Positions 1 through 8,596 of a stretch of DNA of 29,801 nt are shown here, piece after piece. The DNA lies in the IMG/VR virus record IMGVR_UViG_3300020460_000042, positions 1 through 29,801 of that record, one strand, 5' to 3'. Each line of letters begins with the position of its first letter. Positions within the stretch are counted from its first letter, which is position 1. This stretch comes from a virus. Taxonomy: Duplodnaviria; Caudoviricetes. Made by a program: the position numbers and the translations under genes. The notes below the pieces were generated by a model that searched no databases, was not told the origin of the DNA, and saw only the letters and a list, made by a program, of their open reading frames with translations.

Positions 1-1010
1 GGAGCAAGGACCAGCTGATGCAGCTGGCCGACCACCTAACCACCTGCACCCCGGAGGTGTTCCGCTTCCTCTATGACGACGTCCAGGAGGCCCTGAGCGC
101 TGGCATACGTACCGCTGTGACCGCGCCCCCTGGCCACACCCTGGTGGTGTGCGACCTGTCCAGTATCGAGTCCCGGGTACTGGGCTGGCTGGCAGGCTGC
201 AACGAGATAAACGCCGCATTCGCCGCCGGGCAGGACACGTACCGCAGGTTCGCTTCGCGTTACTACTCGGTGCCCTACGAACAAGTGACCAAGCCCCAGC
301 GCACCTTCTGCAAGCCCCCTGTACTCGGCTGCGGCTACATGCTGGGCGCCAGGGGGCTGGTCAAGTACGCCGCCGGCATGGGCGTCGAGATGGGGGAAGA
401 AGAAGCCCAAGGCCTAGTAGACGTGTGGCGCTCCACTCATCATGAGGTAAGCACCATGTGGATTGCTTGGGACCGGGGTCTCAGGGACCTCGTAACAGGC
501 GACATCCGATACTACACCTGGACAGCTACTACAGAGGCCTCGATTTACGCTTACCGCCAGGGGCCCTTCCTGGTGCTGCGGCTACCTAGCGGACGCCGCA
601 TTTTCTACAACGCCCCCGAGATAAAATCCTACGGCGACCTGAGACGTGAGGGAGTCCCGCTAGTCATGGGGGATGACTCGTGGGAAAACATCCTCTATAG
701 GGGACGAGAGCAAGGTGGTCACGGTTGGGGGCTCATTCGAACTCACGCCGGCAAGTGGGTTGAGAACGTGGTTCAGGCTATCGCTCGTGATGTGCTGCGC
801 GACAACGTCCTGCTGGCCTCGAAGAAGTGGATGCCCTGGGCCACCCTGGTGGGCCACGTGCATGACGAGGGCGTCTGGCTTTGTCGTGAGGAGGACGCCG
901 AGAAGACATTGACAACAGCTGCTGCTATGATGTCAGCGCCTTTGCCCTGGGCGCCAGGGCTGTTGTTAGATGCGGAAGGGGTAATCACCCACAGGTACTT
1001 TAAAGCATGA
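1..1010 (+). CDS. polA: Family A DNA polymerase, C-terminal part (5' truncated)
   Basis: Motif A (VCDLSSIE), motif B (RTFCKPPVLGCGY), motif C (GHVHDE) and ENVVQAIARD. The frame is open to the window edge. Confidence 0.93.
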   Translation, partial: SKDQLMQLADHLTTCTPEVFRFLYDDVQEALSAGIRTAVTAPPGHTLVVCDLSSIESRVLGWLAGCNEINAAFAAGQDTYRRFASRYYSVPYEQVTKPQRTFCKPPVLGCGYMLGARGLVKYAAGMGVEMGEEEAQGLVDVWRSTHHEVSTMWIAWDRGLRDLVTGDIRYYTWTATTEASIYAYRQGPFLVLRLPSGRRIFYNAPEIKSYGDLRREGVPLVMGDDSWENILYRGREQGGHGWGLIRTHAGKWVENVVQAIARDVLRDNVLLASKKWMPWATLVGHVHDEGVWLCREEDAEKTLTTAAAMMSAPLPWAPGLLLDAEGVITHRYFKA

Positions 1011-1276
1011 AACTCAACCTACCGAAAATTGACTCAGACCGTAAAACTTTTCTGCAACAGAGTATGACCAACACGGTCATGTTTAACGGGCTGATGAGCG
1101 ACTTAAGCCGCCTCGGCTATGACGAGCAACTGGCGCAGATGCAGTACCTCTTAGAACTGGAGATGGCGCGCGAAGAGGGCGCCCGGCGTTCTATCGCAAA
1201 GCGCATACACGGTCGCACCGGGACATTACGCGCATTCCTAGAGTGGGAACTGGTCGAGGAGACCATACGTGCGTGA
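1007..1276 (+). CDS. Hypothetical protein, 89 aa
   Basis: ATGA overlap with the polA stop and overlap with the next gene; no recognisable motif. Confidence 0.75.
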   Translation: MKLNLPKIDSDRKTFLQQSMTNTVMFNGLMSDLSRLGYDEQLAQMQYLLELEMAREEGARRSIAKRIHGRTGTLRAFLEWELVEETIRA

Positions 1277-1727
1277 GTCCAAGATTGAGCGCGAGGTGTG
1301 CGCCTACGCCCGCGACAAGTACGACATGCTGACCCGCAAGCTGTCAGGCGAACTGACCTCCGGGTGGCCTGACCGCATGGTGCTGACACCCGAGGGATAC
1401 ATCTGCTTTATAGAGTTCAAACAGCAAGACCAAGACCTGAGACCGATACAACAAAGAATGTGCGAGAAGCTTGTCCGCTACGGGTTTGACGTGTTTGTGT
1501 GCGACGACCTGGAACAGGGGAAGCGACTCATCGACTACGTAAATGACGCGAACCTCATTAAGGAAGTGATACACGGACATGACCCCGCCATCGAATCTCC
1601 TAAGTTCATCTTGCCTGCACGACTATCAGACCCGAGCCATCCATCACACCGTCCAGAATCCCCAAGCAATGCTGTGGCTGGACATGGGCCTGGGCAAGAC
1701 CGTGGTGACCCTCTCCGCAATCGCTGA
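1269..1727 (+). CDS. VRR-NUC domain nuclease (PD-(D/E)xK)
   Basis: RESKIE start, GWPDR and FIEFK motifs; typical position just before an SNF2 helicase; GAGGAG upstream of the GTG. Confidence 0.88.
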   Translation: MRESKIEREVCAYARDKYDMLTRKLSGELTSGWPDRMVLTPEGYICFIEFKQQDQDLRPIQQRMCEKLVRYGFDVFVCDDLEQGKRLIDYVNDANLIKEVIHGHDPAIESPKFILPARLSDPSHPSHRPESPSNAVAGHGPGQDRGDPLRNR

Positions 1728-3006
1728 GAAACTCGACCGGCTGCAAATCAACGGGGCCCTGGTACTAGCCCCGCTCCGCGTCATACAGTCGGTGTGGCGC
1801 CAGGAGGCAGCCAAGTGGGACCACACCCAGGGCCTCCGCTTTAGTCTCATCAGTGGCACGCGTGACGCCCGCACCAGGGCCGCGCTGCTGCCGGCAGATG
1901 TATACCTCTGCAATTATGAGAACCTCACGTGGCTGGCAGACTGCTGGACCCAGTATTACCTCGCACGTGGTAAGTATCTGCCCGTCAACATGGTGGTGTT
2001 CGATGAGGTAACGAAGGTCAAGAACTCGACCGCGAAGCGGCACGAGGCCCTGCAGCGACTGACGCCGTTTATGCCTCACCGGGTGGGGCTCACCGGCACC
2101 CCGGCCAGCAATGGATACCAGGACCTGTTTGGGCAGTACCTCGCGGTGGACAGCGGCCAGCGCCTTGGCACCAGTAAAACTGCCTACTATCAGAGGTTCT
2201 TTAAAGCGGCCAACCCGATGTCCCCCTTTGGCAAGCAGGTCCCGGTGCCGACTGCAGAGGAGACTATCGAAGCCCTGGTCGCAGACATCACCATCCAGAT
2301 GGCAGCTGAAGATTACATCGACCTGCCCGAGGTGATGGAGAATGAACTCTACGTAGACCTGCCATCCGGGCTCGCCAAGAAGTACAAGAAACTTGAAGAC
2401 GAGATGTGGATAGAGTTGGACAGCGGCCACGAGATTGAATCTTTCAACGCTGCCGCCCTCACCAACAGGTGCCTGCAGTTTAGCCAGGGCGCGATGTACC
2501 TCCACCCCGGCGCCCGCCAGTGGGAGAAGGTCCACGACCTGAAGCTGGAAGCGCTAGACTCAGTGCTTAATGAGGCCAACGGCAAACCGGTGCTGGTTGC
2601 CATTGAATTTCAACACGACGCAGAACGGATACTGGACAAGCACCCTGGTATGGTGTGGGTCAAGTCTGGCATGTCCGGCGCCAAGTTCAATGCCACCCTG
2701 GACGCCTGGGAGGAGGGCCGGCTGCCCGGCATCATCGTCCACCCCGCGAGCGCCGGCCACGGCATTGACAGACTGAAGAACGGACCCGTGGATGACGTGG
2801 TCTGGTTCGGTCACACTTGGAGTTTAGACCAATACGAACAGTTCATCGCCCGCGTGAAGCGTCAGGGTCGCACCCGTCCCATACGGATGCACCACATCAC
2901 CACGCGTGGCACCATTGAAGAAGCCCAACGAATAGCCCTTGCGCATAAGGCCCGAGGGCAGAACAAGCTAAAGGAGGCCCTTAATGAGTACAGACGTGCA
3001 GCCTGA
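1579..3006 (+). CDS. SNF2-family (SF2) DNA helicase
   Basis: LHDYQ Q-motif, DMGLGKT Walker A, VVFDE Walker B, LTGTP, SAGHGID and QFIARVKRQG. Confidence 0.93.
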   Translation: MTPPSNLLSSSCLHDYQTRAIHHTVQNPQAMLWLDMGLGKTVVTLSAIAEKLDRLQINGALVLAPLRVIQSVWRQEAAKWDHTQGLRFSLISGTRDARTRAALLPADVYLCNYENLTWLADCWTQYYLARGKYLPVNMVVFDEVTKVKNSTAKRHEALQRLTPFMPHRVGLTGTPASNGYQDLFGQYLAVDSGQRLGTSKTAYYQRFFKAANPMSPFGKQVPVPTAEETIEALVADITIQMAAEDYIDLPEVMENELYVDLPSGLAKKYKKLEDEMWIELDSGHEIESFNAAALTNRCLQFSQGAMYLHPGARQWEKVHDLKLEALDSVLNEANGKPVLVAIEFQHDAERILDKHPGMVWVKSGMSGAKFNATLDAWEEGRLPGIIVHPASAGHGIDRLKNGPVDDVVWFGHTWSLDQYEQFIARVKRQGRTRPIRMHHITTRGTIEEAQRIALAHKARGQNKLKEALNEYRRAA

Positions 3007-3613
3007 GTTAGAGCGACTGCGTCAATGCTGTGACAGATACGATGATCTTTTCGGCTTGCGCGGGGCTGATGACGCTGGCGGTGGAGTCCACCCCGCCTTG
3101 TCTCATTTGGGGCCAGAGTCATCGCCCTCCATAGACTTCATGTTCCGCCAGTTTGAGGGGGTGAAAGAGATACGGGGTGGCAAACATGACCCCCTGGTGT
3201 TGGCGGCCCACAAGTACGGTGCAAGGGCGCCCTGGTTTGACACAGACGAGATCCCCTGGTGCAGCAGCATTGCTTGCCTCGCGGCAGAGTGGTGCGACCG
3301 CATCCACCCCGGTAGCGCCCGCGCTCGCAGCTGGTTACTAGTGGGCGAGACACTTACGCTGGACGAGTGGATAGAATGCCTAAGGTCCAACGACGTGGAG
3401 GTGGCTCGCAACACCATGGCTATCTTCAATCGAGGCGGCCCGCAGGACCCCGCTATCATTAAGGCTAAGGGGCATGTGGCACAATTGCTCGCGTACGATC
3501 CGAATGACGACGAACTCTTAGTGCGCGGTGGCAATCAATCAAACGAGGTGAATCAAACATGGTACAAAAGAACCGACTTGCTGGGCTTGCGGTATTGTCC
3601 TTCGCTCTACTGA
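2984..3613 (+). CDS. TIGR02594-like (CHAP/NlpC-P60-related) peptidoglycan hydrolase, probable endolysin
   Basis: GVKEIRG, DEIPWCS (catalytic Cys), SARARSW, GHV (His) and GGNQSN; strong SD AAGGAGG upstream. Confidence 0.85.
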   Translation: MSTDVQPELERLRQCCDRYDDLFGLRGADDAGGGVHPALSHLGPESSPSIDFMFRQFEGVKEIRGGKHDPLVLAAHKYGARAPWFDTDEIPWCSSIACLAAEWCDRIHPGSARARSWLLVGETLTLDEWIECLRSNDVEVARNTMAIFNRGGPQDPAIIKAKGHVAQLLAYDPNDDELLVRGGNQSNEVNQTWYKRTDLLGLRYCPSLY

Positions 3614-3828
3614 CCCCGGGCTGCACCCTGGGTAATAAGAACATAATCCCTGCCCCCGGTGAGGGCGACTGCTACTCCGCTGACCGGGTCGCCAATGCGA
3701 GCCCTATGGTGGGGTCCAGCTTCAGCCTGCACGGCAGGCTACACGCCACAGCGGGCTGTGTGGCGTATCTTAAGGCCCTCACCGAGGCAAAGAAGGCAGG
3801 GGTGGACCTGAGCCTGTTCCCACGGTAG
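3559..3828 (+). CDS. Predicted lipoprotein, possible spanin/lysis accessory
   Basis: Basic N-terminus, hydrophobic stretch and lipobox-like LTPG-C; overlaps the end of the endolysin gene. Confidence 0.6.
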   Translation: MVQKNRLAGLAVLSFALLTPGCTLGNKNIIPAPGEGDCYSADRVANASPMVGSSFSLHGRLHATAGCVAYLKALTEAKKAGVDLSLFPR

Positions 3829-3831
3829 CTA

Positions 3832-5850
3832 TTACGGCCCAAAGAGGCCTTCGGCAACAACCGGCGCTGCTATCCCAGAACCTCCGCCGCCTATAATCGT
3901 GCCCCACATATTTGAAGGAGGCATGCCCCTGCCTGCCTGGGCCGCTTGTTGCGGGGTCATGTACGAACGAAACGGCAGCCCTGGAGACAGCAGGGCTTGT
4001 GTGACTCGGTCGGCCACTGCTGGATCGGTCATTGGGTGCCGGGGCTGTAATAACGTTTGCAGCCACGTACGGGGGCTGACCAGTTGGGCGGGTGTCATGT
4101 CGTCGGCAACGTTAAGGGTATCCGAAGTTGTGGTCCGATTGGCCAATCGGACTGCGTCTGCTTGGTTTCTTGCGGTACGGTTAACCTCGTTTAGAAGCCG
4201 GTTAGCGCCATCGCGTCCGAAAACAATGGCCAGACGGTCTTGGAACTCTTCTGCTACAAAAGCGTTGTCCGTACCCACATTCTGGCCAGAACGCTTCATG
4301 CGCAACCGGTTCTGCATTTCTTTCACTACGCCGAGGGTGAACGCCTCCCGCTCGGAACGGTTCATGTTCGGCCACACCATATAAAGCCTCTCGGCATCCA
4401 TTGCCGTCTTGCCTCTATCGAAGATGTTGCGGCCCAGCTGTACAGCTTCTTCTAAAGCTTCAAAGCCGGCGTATGTTGCGCGCGCCTCTTTTAACGCAGG
4501 GTTGGCTTCATCTACCACTCGGTTGAAGCGGTCGCGCGCCATACGGTATTCAAAAAACTTCTCAGTTCCGGGCACGTCACCGCCGAGGGCGCGCAACCCG
4601 CGCTGGATGTGGTCTAGTTCCTCCCAAGTGGGCATATGCTCCCATTCATATATGGGGTCGCCGTACTCATCAGTGCCCTGTTTCTTCAACAACACCCGGG
4701 GCTTCTTGTTGGTCTTGCGCCGGATAGAGTCCTGACCCCGAATCAGCGCCTGCTTGACGTCCTTATCTCGCAACAGCGCCACTATCTCGGGAATTTCAGA
4801 CGGGCTAGCCTCAAAGGCGTAGGCCGCCTTGTAGCCAGCTTCAGCTGCCCTGCTTTGCTGCTTGTTGAGGGCGTCCAGAGTCATTTCATAGGAACCGCGC
4901 CTACCCCCTAAGTCACTGACGGTGTTTTGCAATGCCCGACCCTGGGCGTTCTGGTGAGATTGGGCAAGTTCCTGCGCCATAACGCGACCTGTCGGGGTGC
5001 CTGCGGCCCTACCTACCGCCAGCGGTTGGAACTCGGGGAGCATACCCGGAACAACGCCGGAGCCGCGTTCGCTCAATTCTGCATAGATGTCGGGCACCGT
5101 CTTGTTCGTTCGGTCTAGGACCCCTTTCAACACCTCCCCTGCCGCTTCGTCGGGGGTCTGCCACATTGGTCTGGCCGCGTCCATAACCGCGTTGCCGACT
5201 TTGCTTCCTAAGTGAGTGGCCGCCTGGGATATTGGGCCGCCCACCATGCCTGCAGCGGCGCCTATACCGGTGTCGGTCGCTTGTTCGGAGAAAGAGCCCT
5301 CCGCACGCCCGAGGCCCTCCGCCCCGCCAACCAAGCCGCCGCCGGCAATACTGCGGGTGAGGGGTGTGCTGTTTGGCAGGAAACGGGGAACAGCCCCGCG
5401 CGCCGCAAGCCCCATCGTTGGGATAGTGCCTAGTATTTGGTTGGCTACATTTGCCGTTGGATTCTCTTCGGCATATTGGGCCTGGGCGGCACGTTCATGA
5501 TCACGCGTAGTTGTGTACGCGTCTACCGCTGCATCCAAACCCTCCCCGGAGAAGAGTTCAGTCATGAACGGCGCCACCCCGGCTATCTCGTCAGTAGCGC
5601 CTGCGAACATGCCCTGCCCAACTGAGCGGGCTGCAGAACGGGACGACGCCTCCCCACCGGTGTAGTCGGGGGTCGGCACCTGTAAAGGTGCCACACGTGG
5701 CGCCATGCCAGCCCCGCGAAATTGGGCAGGCTCTCCCATCTTGAGTTTTAACAGGGTCGTAAGGTCATCAATGGCAGAGTAGTTGTCAGTGTCGTAGGCT
5801 ACCTTTAAAGCCTCTTTAAGTTGGTCTGCTGTAACTTCGCTTAATCTCAT
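3832..5850 (-). CDS. Large internal virion/DNA ejection protein, 672 aa
   Basis: Last gene of the virion operon; Gly/Ala-rich hydrophobic N-half and helical C-half, as in podovirus ejection proteins. Confidence 0.65.
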   Translation of the reverse strand: MRLSEVTADQLKEALKVAYDTDNYSAIDDLTTLLKLKMGEPAQFRGAGMAPRVAPLQVPTPDYTGGEASSRSAARSVGQGMFAGATDEIAGVAPFMTELFSGEGLDAAVDAYTTTRDHERAAQAQYAEENPTANVANQILGTIPTMGLAARGAVPRFLPNSTPLTRSIAGGGLVGGAEGLGRAEGSFSEQATDTGIGAAAGMVGGPISQAATHLGSKVGNAVMDAARPMWQTPDEAAGEVLKGVLDRTNKTVPDIYAELSERGSGVVPGMLPEFQPLAVGRAAGTPTGRVMAQELAQSHQNAQGRALQNTVSDLGGRRGSYEMTLDALNKQQSRAAEAGYKAAYAFEASPSEIPEIVALLRDKDVKQALIRGQDSIRRKTNKKPRVLLKKQGTDEYGDPIYEWEHMPTWEELDHIQRGLRALGGDVPGTEKFFEYRMARDRFNRVVDEANPALKEARATYAGFEALEEAVQLGRNIFDRGKTAMDAERLYMVWPNMNRSEREAFTLGVVKEMQNRLRMKRSGQNVGTDNAFVAEEFQDRLAIVFGRDGANRLLNEVNRTARNQADAVRLANRTTTSDTLNVADDMTPAQLVSPRTWLQTLLQPRHPMTDPAVADRVTQALLSPGLPFRSYMTPQQAAQAGRGMPPSNMWGTIIGGGGSGIAAPVVAEGLFGP

Positions 5851-6992
5851 GTCTTCTTGCTCGGTATAAGAGGGGCGACGTTTGCAGGTATTTCAGGGTC
5901 TGCATCGGCAGCCCTGGTTCCGCTATTGCCCCCTGTGCCCCCTGTGCCCCCTGCTGTGGGCACCATGGGGCCGTAGTTGTATATGCCCCAAGGAATAGCT
6001 GCCGGCAGGGTGACTTCAGGCTTGAGGCGCAACAGGTTGCCCATCTCGACCAGCTTGCCTCGTCGGATGTCGTAGTGACGATTAACCTCTTGCATAATAA
6101 CGCCCATAGCGTCGCGGATGCTCTTCTTAGCATCCTCTGATAGCAGGCCGCCTTCTTTTTTTAGCCTCTCCATCTGCGCGCTTAGGTTGTTTATCGCACC
6201 CATCGAGGTTCGGGCTAATTCCACCTCGCCCTCTCGTGCAACTGAGCCAGGGTCAAGGAACTTGGTGAAGCCCACGATGCCCGCGATTTCCGCAGCACCC
6301 GTGTCCTGCTCCAGAGCCTTCATGACCCGTGCGTAGGACTCAAATTGCTCCCGGTAAGGCTTCAATTCTTTAAGCGCCGTAGTTCGCAACTTAAACGCGT
6401 TTTCTGGGTCCACAGGGATGTCGTTCGGGTCTGCGTCCTGCAACACCGGTTGTCCGTTGTCGGTATATACCAGACGCCCGTAGCGGTCGGTCGACACCGG
6501 TCGATTCTTCGGCGCGGTAGGCTTCCGGTAGGGCACCAGGGTACTCCGCGCCTGCAGGTCCGATTCGCCTTTTTGCCGCGCAGCCGTGTATTTCTGCCAG
6601 CTTTCTGGGGTGTACTTGCTTTGGTCAAGCTTGCCCAACCCGGTGTTGTTCAGCTGGCTCTTGATGAGTTCGGGAATGATGCTTTCCGCGAGCCCAGGCG
6701 CCTGCGCGAGCAGGGGCCCGTAGCCGCCCAGCCTATCTGCCATGCTGGGGTCTGCCATCATTCTCTTGACAGCGTCTCGCTGTAGCTGCTGGCGCTCATG
6801 CTCCTGCACCTTCCAGTCCCACGCTTTTTGCTGTTGCTGCTGCTGTTGCTGCTGCTGCTGGTACTGCATGGCAGAGTTCATGCCCCGGCTCCAGGCAGCG
6901 CCAACATCAGCATCCGGGTTAGTAGATGCAATCATACCTTGCATCCCCGCCATAAACAGCGGGTTGGACATAAATGCGTTAGGAGTCCACAT
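5847..6992 (-). CDS. Internal virion/ejection protein, 381 aa
   Basis: Synteny, Q-rich N-terminus and the motif FTKFLDPGSVAREGE; ATGA coupling to the next gene. Confidence 0.62.
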   Translation of the reverse strand: MWTPNAFMSNPLFMAGMQGMIASTNPDADVGAAWSRGMNSAMQYQQQQQQQQQQQKAWDWKVQEHERQQLQRDAVKRMMADPSMADRLGGYGPLLAQAPGLAESIIPELIKSQLNNTGLGKLDQSKYTPESWQKYTAARQKGESDLQARSTLVPYRKPTAPKNRPVSTDRYGRLVYTDNGQPVLQDADPNDIPVDPENAFKLRTTALKELKPYREQFESYARVMKALEQDTGAAEIAGIVGFTKFLDPGSVAREGEVELARTSMGAINNLSAQMERLKKEGGLLSEDAKKSIRDAMGVIMQEVNRHYDIRRGKLVEMGNLLRLKPEVTLPAAIPWGIYNYGPMVPTAGGTGGTGGNSGTRAADADPEIPANVAPLIPSKKT

Positions 6993-7015
6993 ATTCTAAT
7001 ACCACTCGTGCTTTA

Positions 7016-7945
7016 TCAGATCCAACCGGCGCCGGGGTAGATATTACGGGGCAGGTACGGATTGTAGGGGGTGCTGGGCAACGAGGTGCCGTAGCTAATG
7101 CCCCCACCACCGCCACCCATAGGCGGCATGCCCATAGACATCTGAGCCGCTGCAAGAGCGGCTGACATGCCCATACCCAACAGGTTGGGGCTTTTCCTCT
7201 GTGTCTGAGACTGAGAGCCTGTTGTCTCAGCCTGCAACAGCGGGGACACTAGGCCGCTGTACTGTTGAGCGCGCATATACGGCTCCATCTGGTCAAACTG
7301 GGCCCGCTGGTTACGCAGCGCTTGCTCTTGCATAGCCTCGGCCCTGTCTCTGCCCCCTAGATTGTACAAAGCCTCTGCAGGCATTTGGCCAATGCTCAAC
7401 AATGTGGGCGCCATACGCATCGCATCAAACTGCCGCCTCTGCCCCTGGTTGATTAAGTTGGAGAAGAGTGTAGACCCCGCGTCCGCGATAGCCTCAGAGG
7501 CCTCACGCTGGGCCAAGCGGTCTTGCAGGGCTCGTCTACTGCTATAGCCACCGTACTGGCCGGCTGCATTGGCAGCCTGGGCATAGCCCGGCCTGATGTT
7601 CTCGTCCAGGTTGCGGCCCACCTCTTCGGAATACAGCCGGAGTGGATTCATCGCGCCCTGGGCGTTCACGAACGCATACGGGTCAAGCGCGTCTCGCCAT
7701 GCCGAGTTCGTGGAGCCAAGTATCCCCATCGCAGTGTTTGGGCCACTTCCCCCAAAGAAGTTCCGCTGCTGCTGCGCGGCGTCTTGCTGTAGGGCTGTCT
7801 CGCCTATGTATTGCGGCCCGGTGTATTTAAACGGGGTCTGCGCAACCGCGTTCAGTGGGTTTATGACGTTCTGCGTCAGCCCCTGCACAGCTGGTTCGTA
7901 CCCCGATTGTCTGCTCTCGGTCTTGGTCTTGCTCCCGCCTGCCAT
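7016..7945 (-). CDS. DNA transfer/ejection protein (P22 gp7-like position), 309 aa
   Basis: MAGGSKTKTES start, Q/A/G-rich body and Gly-rich hydrophobic C-terminus; SD AAGGTG. Confidence 0.65.
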   Translation of the reverse strand: MAGGSKTKTESRQSGYEPAVQGLTQNVINPLNAVAQTPFKYTGPQYIGETALQQDAAQQQRNFFGGSGPNTAMGILGSTNSAWRDALDPYAFVNAQGAMNPLRLYSEEVGRNLDENIRPGYAQAANAAGQYGGYSSRRALQDRLAQREASEAIADAGSTLFSNLINQGQRRQFDAMRMAPTLLSIGQMPAEALYNLGGRDRAEAMQEQALRNQRAQFDQMEPYMRAQQYSGLVSPLLQAETTGSQSQTQRKSPNLLGMGMSAALAAAQMSMGMPPMGGGGGGISYGTSLPSTPYNPYLPRNIYPGAGWI

Positions 7946-8378
7946 TGGACACCTTCCTAACCATCACGGTGTAAGCGACGTCAGCGTATTGCTTCAAAGC
8001 TTTCGCAAATCCCTGACGTCCAAATATTTCCAGTTGTGCTGCCCCTATTGTGGCAGCCCCCTCTTCCAGTTTCTCTATCAGCGGCTTCAACCACCGGTTC
8101 ATCTGGCCCGGCATACTCCCGCCCAGGACTACTCGGAGAGCGGTAAAGTTGGAGTATGCGACCTGCAGCACGGTGAACGCAGCCACCACGGTGCCGTCAT
8201 CCTCCAGTGCGCACAACAGCCAATACTCGCCCTTGCGCATCTCTTCTAGCGTCTCTTCGATGCCTTCCTCGCCCTGCGACTCTTCTATTGCTTTCGACAA
8301 CAGATAGATAGTCTTACCCTTTTGGGCCTCGGTCAACCGCCACCAGGGGCGATAGTCAACTGTCAAAGCTTGTTCCAT
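7827..8378 (-). CDS. GNAT-fold-like virion assembly protein
   Basis: Lies between the tail and ejection genes; YWLLC...VVLGG...LEIFGRQGF pattern typical of this podovirus slot. Confidence 0.6.
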   Translation of the reverse strand: MEQALTVDYRPWWRLTEAQKGKTIYLLSKAIEESQGEEGIEETLEEMRKGEYWLLCALEDDGTVVAAFTVLQVAYSNFTALRVVLGGSMPGQMNRWLKPLIEKLEEGAATIGAAQLEIFGRQGFAKALKQYADVAYTVMVRKVSNGRREQDQDREQTIGVRTSCAGADAERHKPTERGCADPV

Positions 8379-8596
8379 GCCGCCCCGTGGTACACGTAGA
8401 CCCCGGTGCCTGAACCGGGGTCGTAGATGGTCGCGTCAAAGTACCGTACCTGCCCATCACGAGGCTTGGCTGGCGCCACACGCGGCGGGTCCAGGTCTAG
8501 CAGCCCAGCCAACGAAGTGGAGATACGGGTGAGTTCTCGCTCCAGGTACGCGGCGTCGTATTCAGCCGGCGCCGTGGTCGGCTGGTACTCGCTCAT
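8363..8596 (-). CDS. Small tail-associated protein, 77 aa (start revised to ATG 8596)
   Basis: ATGA overlap with the upstream stop; YLERELTRI helix followed by PRDGQVRYFD...GVYVYHGAAW. Confidence 0.7.
   Translation of the reverse strand: MSEYQPTTAPAEYDAAYLERELTRISTSLAGLLDLDPPRVAPAKPRDGQVRYFDATIYDPGSGTGVYVYHGAAWNKL

Noticed and set aside
5928-5954. Short GCCCCCTGT tandem repeat
   Set aside because: Encodes a Gly-Gly-Thr linker.
6826-6860. CAG/CAA tracts here, at about 17670-17720 and at about 21900-21970
   Set aside because: In-frame poly-Gln typical of ejection, scaffold and portal proteins; not contingency repeats or arrays.
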